The notes beneath the pieces were generated by a model. That model made no database searches. It saw nothing but the letters and a program-made list of their open reading frames with translations, and had not been told where the DNA came from. DNA of 14,764 nt from a bacterium (GTDB lineage: Bacteria; Sysuimicrobiota; Sysuimicrobiia; Sysuimicrobiales; Kaftiobacteriaceae): assembly GCA_044868695.1 (NCBI GenBank), contig JBIOWP010000089.1, positions 1 to 14,764 of the forward strand, given 5' to 3'. The position numbers and the translations under genes are program-made. This document shows, one piece after another, positions 6,958-14,764 of this stretch; the first letter of the stretch is position 1, and each line of letters opens with the position of its first letter.

Positions 6958-7371
6958 GTGGGCGCGTTGCAGCGATTCATGACCTTTCTCGGGTTCAATG
7001 AGACGTCCGAGGAGGAGAACGGTTTCTCAGTCGAGCCGGATGGCGCGGAGACAGGCCACCGGCGCGGACAGCTGTTCAACCTCCACGCCCAACGGCAGCT
7101 GGAGATCGTGGTGCTTCAACCGAAGACCTTCGACGACGCGCGTGCGTCGGCCGACTATCTCAAGATGCGCCGGCCGGTCGTCGTCAATCTCCGGGGGACG
7201 CACTCGGACCTGGCCCGCCGGATCGTGGATTTTACCAGCGGCGTGACGTACGCCTTGGACGGGCACCTGCTCCGGGTGGGCGAGGAGATCTTCCTCTTCA
7301 CTCCCAACCATGTCGTAATTACCTCCGACGTGGGCGCCGAGGACTCTCACACGCTGTTTCCGCTCGAGTAG
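6958..7371 (+). CDS. sepF: Cell division protein SepF
   Basis: N-terminal amphipathic segment (LQRFMTFLGF), then P..FDDA, VVVNL, ARRIVDF.SG..YALDG, IFLFTP. Directly follows yggS. Confidence 0.95.
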   Translation: MGALQRFMTFLGFNETSEEENGFSVEPDGAETGHRRGQLFNLHAQRQLEIVVLQPKTFDDARASADYLKMRRPVVVNLRGTHSDLARRIVDFTSGVTYALDGHLLRVGEEIFLFTPNHVVITSDVGAEDSHTLFPLE

Positions 7372-7407
7372 GCACGTCACGTTCGCGGTCGGGCGGTCGG
7401 GCTGGAC

Positions 7408-8454
7408 ATGCACAAGGCATTAGCGTGGGATAGGGGAACGCTCCGGCTGCTCGATCAGACCGCGCTGCCGCACCAGACGCGTGTCGTCGTCTGCGCGACG
7501 GCGGCCGACGTGGCCGATGCCATCCGCGCAATGAAAGTGCGGGGCGCCCCGGCCATTGGGGCCGCGGCGGCCTACGGCATGGCGCTCGCGGGCGCCGCGC
7601 CGGGCGGCGACCGGGCCGTTCAGGCGGCGCGCGTCGAGGACGCCGCCCGGATGCTGGCCCAGACACGGCCGACGGCGGTCAACCTCCGGTGGGCCATCGA
7701 GCGCATGCTGGCGGTCGTGGCGCGGATGCCCGACGCCCCGGTCGAGGCGCTGGCCGCCGCCCTCCTCACCGAAGCCCATGCGATTGCGGAGGAAGACGTC
7801 CGTGCGAACCGCGCCATCGGCGCCCACGGCGCGGCGATGATCCAATCCGGTGAGCGCATCCTCACCTACTGCAACACCGGCAGCCTGGCCACGGTCGACT
7901 ACGGCACCGCGCTGGGGATCATCCGCGCGGCCCACGCGCGGGGGACGGCGCTTCAGGTCTACGTCTCCGAGACGCGGCCTGTGCTGCAGGGCGCGCGGCT
8001 GACCGCGTGGGAGACGCTGAACGATCGCATTCCCGCGACGCTGATTGCGGACAATGCGGCCGGATGGCTGATGCGCCGCGGGCTGATTGACCGGGTGATC
8101 GTCGGTGCCGACCGGATCGCGGCCAACGGCGACGTGGCGAACAAGATCGGCACCTACGCCCTGGCCGTCCTCGCCCGGGCCCACGAAATCCCGTTTGTGG
8201 TCGCCGCCCCATTGTCGACGGTCGACTTCCGCATGCCAGACGGCACCGCAATCCCGATCGAGGAGCGGGCGCCGGAGGAGATCACGCATGTTGCCGGGGT
8301 CCCGATCGCGCCCGTGGGGATGCCGGCGCTGAATCCCGCGTTTGATGTCACGCCCCACCATCTCGTCACCGCCATCGTCACCGAGGCCGGTGTGGCCACG
8401 TCCCCGTATACGCGCACCCTCCAGGATCTGGCCGCTGCGCGCGCGGGCCGGTAG
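7408..8454 (+). CDS. mtnA: S-methyl-5-thioribose-1-phosphate isomerase
   Basis: LLDQT.LP, VRGAPAIG, TRPTAVNL, LTYCNTGSLAT, ETRP.LQGARLTAWE, GADRIAANGDVANKIGTY, NPAFDVTP. Confidence 0.93.
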   Translation: MHKALAWDRGTLRLLDQTALPHQTRVVVCATAADVADAIRAMKVRGAPAIGAAAAYGMALAGAAPGGDRAVQAARVEDAARMLAQTRPTAVNLRWAIERMLAVVARMPDAPVEALAAALLTEAHAIAEEDVRANRAIGAHGAAMIQSGERILTYCNTGSLATVDYGTALGIIRAAHARGTALQVYVSETRPVLQGARLTAWETLNDRIPATLIADNAAGWLMRRGLIDRVIVGADRIAANGDVANKIGTYALAVLARAHEIPFVVAAPLSTVDFRMPDGTAIPIEERAPEEITHVAGVPIAPVGMPALNPAFDVTPHHLVTAIVTEAGVATSPYTRTLQDLAAARAGR

Positions 8455-8459
8455 GCTCG

Positions 8460-9812
8460 ATGCGGCCGCGCGCGTCGAGCCACCTCATGCTGGGCACGCT
8501 GGCGATGCTGTGGACGGCGGCCGTCGCCCACAGCCTGCGCCCGCGGGAACTGCCGTGGGTGCAGGTCCTCTTTGTCGATATCACCTGGCTGCAGGCGCTG
8601 CTGCTGATCGTCGGTATCCTCGGCGCGTTAATGGTGCTGGCCGGGACTCTGAGCCCCGCGCCGCGTCTCGGGCGCGCGCGCGCTCCGCTGCCGTTCGTGG
8701 GCATCGTCGTGCCGGCCAAGGACGAGGAAACGGTGATCGAGGCCACGATTCGCCGACTCTGCGCGCTCGACTACGCGGAGCGTGGCCGCCCGCACTTTGA
8801 GGTCATCGTGGTTGACGACCGTTCCACGGACCGCACCGGGGAGATTCTCGGTCGCCTGGCGGGTGAACTGCCCATCACCGTCGTCCGGACGCCGGCCGGC
8901 AGCGTCGGCAAGGCCGCGGCCCTCAACCTCGGGATCACCCGGACCCGCGCGGAGATCATCGCGGTGTTCGACGCGGACGCGCGCGTCCCGCCGGATTTCC
9001 TGATCCGGATGGTGCCCCACCTCGCCGAGCCCAGCGTCGGCGGGGTGCAAAGCCAGCGCAGGCTCTACAACGCGCGGCAGAACCTGCTGACTCGGATTCA
9101 GGACGACGAGTACCGGCTGTTCCATCATCCCCTGCAGCGCGCCCGGCGGGTGCTCGGTGGGATGGTCTCGTTTTCGGGGAACGGCCTCCTGCTGCGCCGC
9201 GAGGCGCTGGATGATGTCGGCGGCTGGAACGAGGAGGCGCTGACCGAGGATATCGATCTGTCGGTGCGCTTCCACCTCGCCGGGTGGGACATCGATTACT
9301 GCGAGGAGGCAGTGGTGTGGGAGGAGGCGGTGCCGCACCTGGCGCAGCTCATGCGGCAGCGCGTCCGCTGGTTTGAAGGTGCCACGCGATGTCTGGGCGA
9401 CGCTCTCCCCGGGATCTTGTTCGGCGGGGTCAACCTGTTCAAGCGCATCGACATGCTGAGCTTTCTCGGCGGGGGCCTGATCGTCACGCTGTGCCTGCTG
9501 ACGACGTACCTGTATGGATTCATCGATCTTACCGGGCCTGTCGTCCTGTACCTCCAGTTGCCGCGCCTACTGACGACCTGGGGATCGGGGGTCGTCACCA
9601 TCTGCGTTTTGCTGGCGATGCTGGTCGAGCTGCGCGGGCGCACCAGGGAACTGTGGCCCGTCCTGATCCGCTCAGGTCTCTTCTCGCTGCACCGCCTGAT
9701 CGTGGTCCCGCTGGCCATCCACCGCTACCTCCGCAGCGCCATCACGGGGCAGACGACGTGGGAGAAGACCGCGCACGGCCTCGCGCCCTCGCCGAGGGAG
9801 CATGACCTCTAA
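8460..9812 (+). CDS. Membrane-bound family 2 glycosyltransferase (CesA-like fold; possibly a monoglucosyl-diacylglycerol synthase)
   Basis: N- and C-terminal hydrophobic helices. VVPAKDE, DDRSTD, GKAAALN, FDAD, TEDID, QRVRW (QxxRW), WEKT.H. Confidence 0.88.
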   Translation: MRPRASSHLMLGTLAMLWTAAVAHSLRPRELPWVQVLFVDITWLQALLLIVGILGALMVLAGTLSPAPRLGRARAPLPFVGIVVPAKDEETVIEATIRRLCALDYAERGRPHFEVIVVDDRSTDRTGEILGRLAGELPITVVRTPAGSVGKAAALNLGITRTRAEIIAVFDADARVPPDFLIRMVPHLAEPSVGGVQSQRRLYNARQNLLTRIQDDEYRLFHHPLQRARRVLGGMVSFSGNGLLLRREALDDVGGWNEEALTEDIDLSVRFHLAGWDIDYCEEAVVWEEAVPHLAQLMRQRVRWFEGATRCLGDALPGILFGGVNLFKRIDMLSFLGGGLIVTLCLLTTYLYGFIDLTGPVVLYLQLPRLLTTWGSGVVTICVLLAMLVELRGRTRELWPVLIRSGLFSLHRLIVVPLAIHRYLRSAITGQTTWEKTAHGLAPSPREHDL

Positions 9813-9824
9813 CCGAAATTTCTG

Positions 9825-10814
9825 TCAGTTGACGAGTTGTTCGTAAATCAAGCGGAGCCGCTGGCCGATCAGTTCGAGTGAGTTGGCTTCAGCATAGCGG
9901 CGGGCGCCGGCAGACAAGCGGGCATACAGATCGGGATCAGTGGCGAGCGCACGGAGGTGGGCGGCGAACTCTTCGGTGGTGGAGCCTTTCAAGCAGGTCA
10001 CGTCGTGTTCGAAGCGGCCGGCAAAACACTCCGCGTCCCGCAGCACGAGCGGCTTCCCGCACGCCGCGGCTTCCAGGATGGCGATGCCCTCGTTCTCGAC
10101 CGAACTGGGGAAGAAAAAGATATCTCCCGCGGCAAACGCTTCCACAACGTCTTCCACGTAACCGGGGAAGATGACGTTGTCCGGGGCGTCCTGGATGGCC
10201 CGCAGGGTCTCCGTCTTGGCCGCCTTATGCACCCGCCCGAACCACACGAATGCCAGCTCGGGCACGAGCCGTCCAGTCTCGACGAACAGGTCCACCCCCT
10301 TGCGCAGCAGCGCGAGCCCGACGGCGAAGGGGACCAGACCCTCTAGGCCATACCGCGCACGTCCCAGCAGGCGCCGCCGCTTGTCCGGGGAAAATCGCGT
10401 GACATCGACACCGTTACTGACCACTTCGATGGGCTGCCCGAGTTCGTACCGGCGCAAGACGCTTCGCGCATATGGTGACGGTGCGATGAGCACGTCGGCT
10501 TTGCCATAGAAATAGCGGAGGTACCGCCCGAGGTACGGCGCGATGTGGTCGCTCATGCGAAAGGAGTTGGCGAAGTCTTCGGCGGTGATGTGACTGTTTA
10601 TCAGCAGCGGGCGGCGCCCGCCAAAGCGCTCGGCAAGATAGAGAGATCGCGGCCCGATGGAGTGGAGATGGAGGACGTCAAAGGCCTCGCTGGGGTCGGT
10701 GGTCACGGCGACCCCGGCGCGCTTCAGGGCCTTGACTTGGTTTTCGTGCGCACGGCGGATGCCTCCGCTCCATTGAGAAGAGTTGCCGTGCTCCAGGTAG
10801 ACACAGATCCTCAC
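9825..10814 (-). CDS. Family 4 (GT-B) glycosyltransferase, possibly a glycolipid glycosyltransferase
   Basis: GTG start with a G-rich SD. SGGIRRAHENQ, H.TAEDFANSF, VSNGVD, RKGVD, FFFPSSVENEGIAILEAAACGKP (E-x7-E). Confidence 0.88.
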   Translation of the reverse strand: MRICVYLEHGNSSQWSGGIRRAHENQVKALKRAGVAVTTDPSEAFDVLHLHSIGPRSLYLAERFGGRRPLLINSHITAEDFANSFRMSDHIAPYLGRYLRYFYGKADVLIAPSPYARSVLRRYELGQPIEVVSNGVDVTRFSPDKRRRLLGRARYGLEGLVPFAVGLALLRKGVDLFVETGRLVPELAFVWFGRVHKAAKTETLRAIQDAPDNVIFPGYVEDVVEAFAAGDIFFFPSSVENEGIAILEAAACGKPLVLRDAECFAGRFEHDVTCLKGSTTEEFAAHLRALATDPDLYARLSAGARRYAEANSLELIGQRLRLIYEQLVN

Positions 10815-10865
10815 CCGTGTCCCCCCCGACGGAGACTATATGCTCCCTGTCCGTGAATTCCTGTT

Positions 10866-12062
10866 CTACCCGGAACCGACCGGCTGCGGCAGACGGCGCG
10901 GCGTGATCCTGAGACGGTCGCTGTGCGCGATGGCCTCCTCGACGAGCGAGGAGACCGGCAGCCCCCCCTCCGCCGCTTCGCATTCCGCCAGGTCCGGCTG
11001 TGTCCGGGGATGCGCGGGCACAAAGAGGCTGCAGCAGTCGTCGTACGGACGGATCGAGATAGGATACGTCCCGATGCGCTCCGCCTGGGCGACAATCTCG
11101 GTTTTGTCCGCCCCCACCAGCGGGCGCAGGACCGGCAGGCGTGTGGCGGCGTTGATGGCGGCAAGCGATTCGATGGTCTGGCTGGCGACCTGCCCGAGGC
11201 TCTCGCCGGTGAGCAGCGCCTGGGCGCCTTCCCGCGCGGCGAGACGCTCCGCGATGCGCATCATCATGCGGCGCATGATCACGACCCGCAGCGCCTCGGG
11301 CGAGTTCAGCTGAATGGCGCGCTGGACGTCGGTGAAATGCACGATCCAGAGCCACAGGGGGCCGGCATACTCGGCCAGCACGCGGCTGAGGTCGATGACT
11401 TTCTCCTTCGCGCGTTCGCTGGTGAAGGGGAAGCTGTGAAAGTGCACCGGGATGACCACCAGGCCGCGGCGCGCGCCCAGCCAGGCCGCGACCGGGCTGT
11501 CGATCCCGCCGGACACCAAAGCCATCGCCTTCCCACCCGTGCCGACGGGCAGGCCGCCGGGCCCGGGGATGGTCTCGGTCGCGATGTACGCCTGCTCCCG
11601 GATGTCGATGCGCACCAGGAGGTCGGGGGTCTCCATGCGCGCCCGCAAATGCGGGAAGCGAAGCCGCACCGCTTGTCCTACCTCGCGGCTCGTGTCCATC
11701 GATGTGACCGGGAACCGCTTGTCGGCCCGGCGCGTGTCGATCTTGAAGGTGGCGACGTCCGGACGCGCGTCTAACACCGCCCCCACCATCTCGACCACCG
11801 CCGGTGTCAGCTCCGTCAGCACCGGGGCGACGGCGCGGACCGGGCTCAGCGAGACGACCCCGAACACTTTGCGCAGCCGGTCGATGACCACGACGGGATC
11901 GGCATCGACCTCGGCGACGATCCGGCCGAAGGCGGTCCGCACCCGTGCGGATCCCAGGTCGGCAATAGCGTGGCGCACGTTGCGGGTGAGGACGTCGAGA
12001 AAGAACTGCTGATTCTGTCCTTTGAGCGCAATCTCGCCGTAGCGCAGCAGATAGGTCGCCAT
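10866..12062 (-). CDS. thiI: tRNA 4-thiouridine(8) synthase ThiI (THUMP + PP-loop, no rhodanese domain)
   Basis: LLRYGEIALKG.N, TFKIDTRRADK.F, GPGGLPVG, SGGIDSPVA, TGESLGQVASQT, RPL...DK.EI, YDDCC. Confidence 0.96.
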   Translation of the reverse strand: MATYLLRYGEIALKGQNQQFFLDVLTRNVRHAIADLGSARVRTAFGRIVAEVDADPVVVIDRLRKVFGVVSLSPVRAVAPVLTELTPAVVEMVGAVLDARPDVATFKIDTRRADKRFPVTSMDTSREVGQAVRLRFPHLRARMETPDLLVRIDIREQAYIATETIPGPGGLPVGTGGKAMALVSGGIDSPVAAWLGARRGLVVIPVHFHSFPFTSERAKEKVIDLSRVLAEYAGPLWLWIVHFTDVQRAIQLNSPEALRVVIMRRMMMRIAERLAAREGAQALLTGESLGQVASQTIESLAAINAATRLPVLRPLVGADKTEIVAQAERIGTYPISIRPYDDCCSLFVPAHPRTQPDLAECEAAEGGLPVSSLVEEAIAHSDRLRITPRRLPQPVGSG

Positions 12063-12069
12063 CAGATGG

Positions 12070-13233
12070 TCATCGCACCAGCGCCCGCAGGTCGGCGACC
12101 GCGCGGCCCAGAGCGTGCGCGGCGAGATCGATCTCCCCGGCGGTCGTCAGCCGGGACAGACCGAACCGGATGGTGGAGCGCGCGTCCTCCGGGCTCACTC
12201 CCGCGGCCAGGAGGACGTGGCTCGGCGCAGCGTCGTGGCTGTGGCAGGCCGAGCCTGTAGAGATGAAGATCCCGTCCTGCTCCAGCCGGTGCAGCAGCAT
12301 CTCGCCCCTCACGCCGCGGAACGTCGCGCTGAGGATGTGCGGGACACCGTCCTGGGGTGTGTTCACCCGGGAGTCCGGGATCGCCTCGATCTGGGCCCGC
12401 AGGCGCTGCGCGAGCGCCCGGACATTTGCGATGACAGTGTCAACATCGTCGAGGAGCAGTCTGGCGGCGGCGCCGATTCCGGCGATGCCGGGCACATTCT
12501 CGGTCCCGGGCCGGAGGCTGCGCTCCTGCTCGCCCCCGCCCAGCAGCGGGGCCAGCTGGACGCCGCGGCGGACGTAGAGGGCGCCCACGCCCTTCGGGCC
12601 ATGCACCTTGTGGCCGGACAGCGCCATGAGGTCCACACCCCAGCGGGCCGGGCGAAGCGGGACCTTGCCCCACGCCTGGACGGCGTCGACATGGAACAGG
12701 ACCCGGCCGCCCGTGCTGTGGTGCCGCCGTACGGCGCGGGCGATCTCCTCGATCGGCTGGACGGTACCCAGCTCATTGTTGACGGCCATGATGGAGACGA
12801 GTGCCGTCTCGGGCCGAAGCGCGCGTTCGACCTCCGCCGCGGCGATCCGCCCGTCCCGGTCCACCGGCATCTCAGTCAGCGCAAAGCCGTCCGCCGCCAG
12901 CCGGCGCATCGGGACGAGGACGGAGGAATGCTCGACCGCGCTCGCGATCAGATGCCGCCCCCGGGCCAACCTGGCCGCGCCCACAATCGCCAGGCTGTTG
13001 GCTTCGGTGCCGCCTGAGGTAAAGAGGACTTCTTCCGGGTCAGCGCCCAGCGTCTGCGCCACCGCTTCCCGGGCGGCTGTTATGATGCGCTCGGCCGCGA
13101 CCCCCTTCCCGTGGAGCGATGAAGGGTTCCCGTAGTCGGCTGCCAGCGCGCGGGTCACCGCCTCTACGACAGCCGGGTGCGGCGCCGTCGTGGCGGCGTT
13201 GTCCAGGTAGATTTCGGGACCGGAAGGTGTCAT
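12070..13233 (-). CDS. Class I cysteine desulfurase (IscS/NifS-like; NifZ-type partner of ThiI)
   Basis: YLDNAATT, GNPSS.H, FTSGGTEAN, EHSSV, HVDAVQ, SGHKVHGPKG (PLP Lys), RPGTENV, STGSACHS (catalytic Cys). Ends 7 bp upstream of thiI. Confidence 0.94.
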   Translation of the reverse strand: MTPSGPEIYLDNAATTAPHPAVVEAVTRALAADYGNPSSLHGKGVAAERIITAAREAVAQTLGADPEEVLFTSGGTEANSLAIVGAARLARGRHLIASAVEHSSVLVPMRRLAADGFALTEMPVDRDGRIAAAEVERALRPETALVSIMAVNNELGTVQPIEEIARAVRRHHSTGGRVLFHVDAVQAWGKVPLRPARWGVDLMALSGHKVHGPKGVGALYVRRGVQLAPLLGGGEQERSLRPGTENVPGIAGIGAAARLLLDDVDTVIANVRALAQRLRAQIEAIPDSRVNTPQDGVPHILSATFRGVRGEMLLHRLEQDGIFISTGSACHSHDAAPSHVLLAAGVSPEDARSTIRFGLSRLTTAGEIDLAAHALGRAVADLRALVR

Positions 13234-13242
13234 CGCACCGTC

Positions 13243-13251
13243 ATTTTAGCA
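13243..13251 (-). promoter_or_regulatory. Putative extended -10 promoter for the desulfurase-thiI operon
   Basis: Minus strand reads TGcTAAAAT, ending 9 nt before ATG 13233. Confidence 0.55.
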
Positions 13252-13392
13252 CACGGAGCCTTCCCACCAGGAATTCCATGGAGGTCCTTGGGGGAAACAC
13301 CTGATTTCCTTGTTTGCGGCCGCTCGGTACAAACGCCTGGGGACCACCCCGTCGCCCGACCGCCCCAGCATGCGACCAACCGAGGTGACTGT

Positions 13393-14764
13393 ATGGCGAT
13401 GCGTCCCAGCAAGAACGGACACGGCCCCGAGGATCAGCGACCCTCTGCCCGCCCGGATGTGCCGGCGGGCCCGGGCCGGCGGAAGTTGGGTGAACTTCTC
13501 CTGGCCGAGGGACTGCTGACGCCCGACCAGCTCAACCGCGCCCTCGAGATCCACCGCGCGACCCGCGAGCGTCTGGGACGGGTGCTCCTGGACATGGGGG
13601 TGGTGGATCAGGACCACCTGGCCCGCGTGCTCAGCGCGCAGATCGGGGTCGCCTACGTGCGTTTGATCGGATCTCCGATGGGTGATGACCTGCTCGCTCT
13701 GGTGCCGCCCCAGATGGCCAGCCGCGTCCAGGCCATTCCCATCAGCCGCCAGAACGGTGTGCTCACCGTCGCAATGGTGGACCCGCTGGACGTGATGGCG
13801 ATCGACGAGCTGCGGCGTGCCACGGGGCTCGACATCAGGCCGGCGCTGACGACCGTGCAGGACTTCCAGTATGGGCTCAGCCAGTATCCGACGCTCGACG
13901 CCGCCGATGAGCTGGTGCGTGACTTCCCGCGGCCGCAGACCGTCGACGAGGATATCTCGCCCGAGCGGCTCCGCCATATGGCGGAGGACGCGCCGGTGGT
14001 GCGGCTCGTGAACCGCCTGGTTGAGGAGGCGGTGCGGACTCGTGCCAGCGATATTCACGTCGAGCGGCACGAGCGCCACGTGCGGCTGCGCAACCGCGTG
14101 GACGGCGTGCTGCTCACCCGCGGGACGCTGCCCGCGCACGTGCACCCGCAGCTCGTCTCCCGGGTCAAGATCATGGCAAACATGGACATCGCCGAGCGGC
14201 GCGTGCCGCAGGACGGCAGCTTCCAGACCCGGGTGGACGGGCGGGCGATCGACGTCCGCGTGTCCACGATACCCGCGTTCTACGGCGAGAAGGTAGTGCT
14301 GCGGCTGCTGGACAAGTCCGCGCCGATCTACGATCTGGACAAGCTGGGGCTGTCGGCGTCCAACATCGAGCGGCTGCGCCGGGTGATCCGCCGGCCCCAG
14401 GGCATCTTCCTGCTCACCGGGCCCACCGGCAGCGGGAAAACCACGACGCTGTACGCGATCCTCAACGAGCTGAACAACGAAAAAGTGAACGTTCTCACGA
14501 TCGAAGACCCGGTGGAATACCAGATCGCGGGGATCACGCAGATGCAGGTGAACGTGCGGGCGGGGGTGACGTTTGCGTCGGCGCTGCGGCACTTCCTGCG
14601 GCAGGACCCCGACATCATCATGGTGGGGGAGGTGCGGGACCAGGAGACGGCGCGGATCGCGATCCAGGCGGCGCTGACGGGGCACCTGGTGCTGAGCACG
14701 CTGCACACCAACGACGCGCCGGGCGCGATCACGCGGCTGCTGGATATGGGGATCGAGCCGTACC
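13393..14764 (+). CDS. PilB/GspE family type IV pilus / type II secretion ATPase with N-terminal MshEN domain (3'-truncated by window)
   Basis: Translated by hand; missing from the ORF track because it has no stop in the window. SD GAGGTGA at 13382-13388, ATG 13393. RKLGELLL..GLLT, RLGRVLLDMGVV, ASDIHVE, DIAERRVPQDG, Walker A GPTGSGKTT, TIEDPVEY, LRQDPDIIMVGEVRD, GHLVLSTLHTNDA. Confidence 0.93.
   Translation, partial: MAMRPSKNGHGPEDQRPSARPDVPAGPGRRKLGELLLAEGLLTPDQLNRALEIHRATRERLGRVLLDMGVVDQDHLARVLSAQIGVAYVRLIGSPMGDDLLALVPPQMASRVQAIPISRQNGVLTVAMVDPLDVMAIDELRRATGLDIRPALTTVQDFQYGLSQYPTLDAADELVRDFPRPQTVDEDISPERLRHMAEDAPVVRLVNRLVEEAVRTRASDIHVERHERHVRLRNRVDGVLLTRGTLPAHVHPQLVSRVKIMANMDIAERRVPQDGSFQTRVDGRAIDVRVSTIPAFYGEKVVLRLLDKSAPIYDLDKLGLSASNIERLRRVIRRPQGIFLLTGPTGSGKTTTLYAILNELNNEKVNVLTIEDPVEYQIAGITQMQVNVRAGVTFASALRHFLRQDPDIIMVGEVRDQETARIAIQAALTGHLVLSTLHTNDAPGAITRLLDMGIEPY

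Noticed and set aside
7420..8361. 313-aa minus-strand ORF
   Set aside because: Antisense shadow of mtnA.
10923..13017. Plus-strand ORFs of 283 and 300 aa
   Set aside because: Antisense shadows of thiI and the cysteine desulfurase.
13234..13392. c-di-GMP riboswitch upstream of the pilus ATPase
   Set aside because: I see no GEMM-type core (GGCAAAC...GAAA...GACGCAAA) by eye; an Rfam scan would be decisive.
13246..14706. 486-aa minus-strand ORF
   Set aside because: Antisense to the real plus-strand PilB/GspE gene, which carries all the ATPase motifs.

Overview
GC-rich bacterial chromosomal window, mostly housekeeping genes. The gene content (pgeF-yggS-sepF, nifZ-type desulfurase next to a rhodanese-less thiI) suggests a Terrabacteria-type lineage; this is inference. 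Plus strand: 3' end of a class II ribonucleotide reductase, a citrate/2-methylcitrate synthase, an orphan phnD-phnC-phnE ABC transporter overlapping pgeF(yfiH), then yggS, sepF, mtnA and a membrane GT2 glycosyltransferase. Minus strand, converging on the GT2 gene: cysteine desulfurase, thiI and a GT4 glycosyltransferase. A divergent MshEN-domain PilB/GspE ATPase, absent from the ORF track, runs off the right end. I found no mobile element, CRISPR array or RNA gene. The most unusual points are: a ~120-aa extracytoplasmic insertion in PhnE, the pgeF-mtnA linkage (possible MTA salvage route), a palindromic 15-bp tandem array between pgeF and yggS, a 9-bp-period nested palindrome upstream of phnD, and a convergent GT2/GT4 pair that may make glycolipids.
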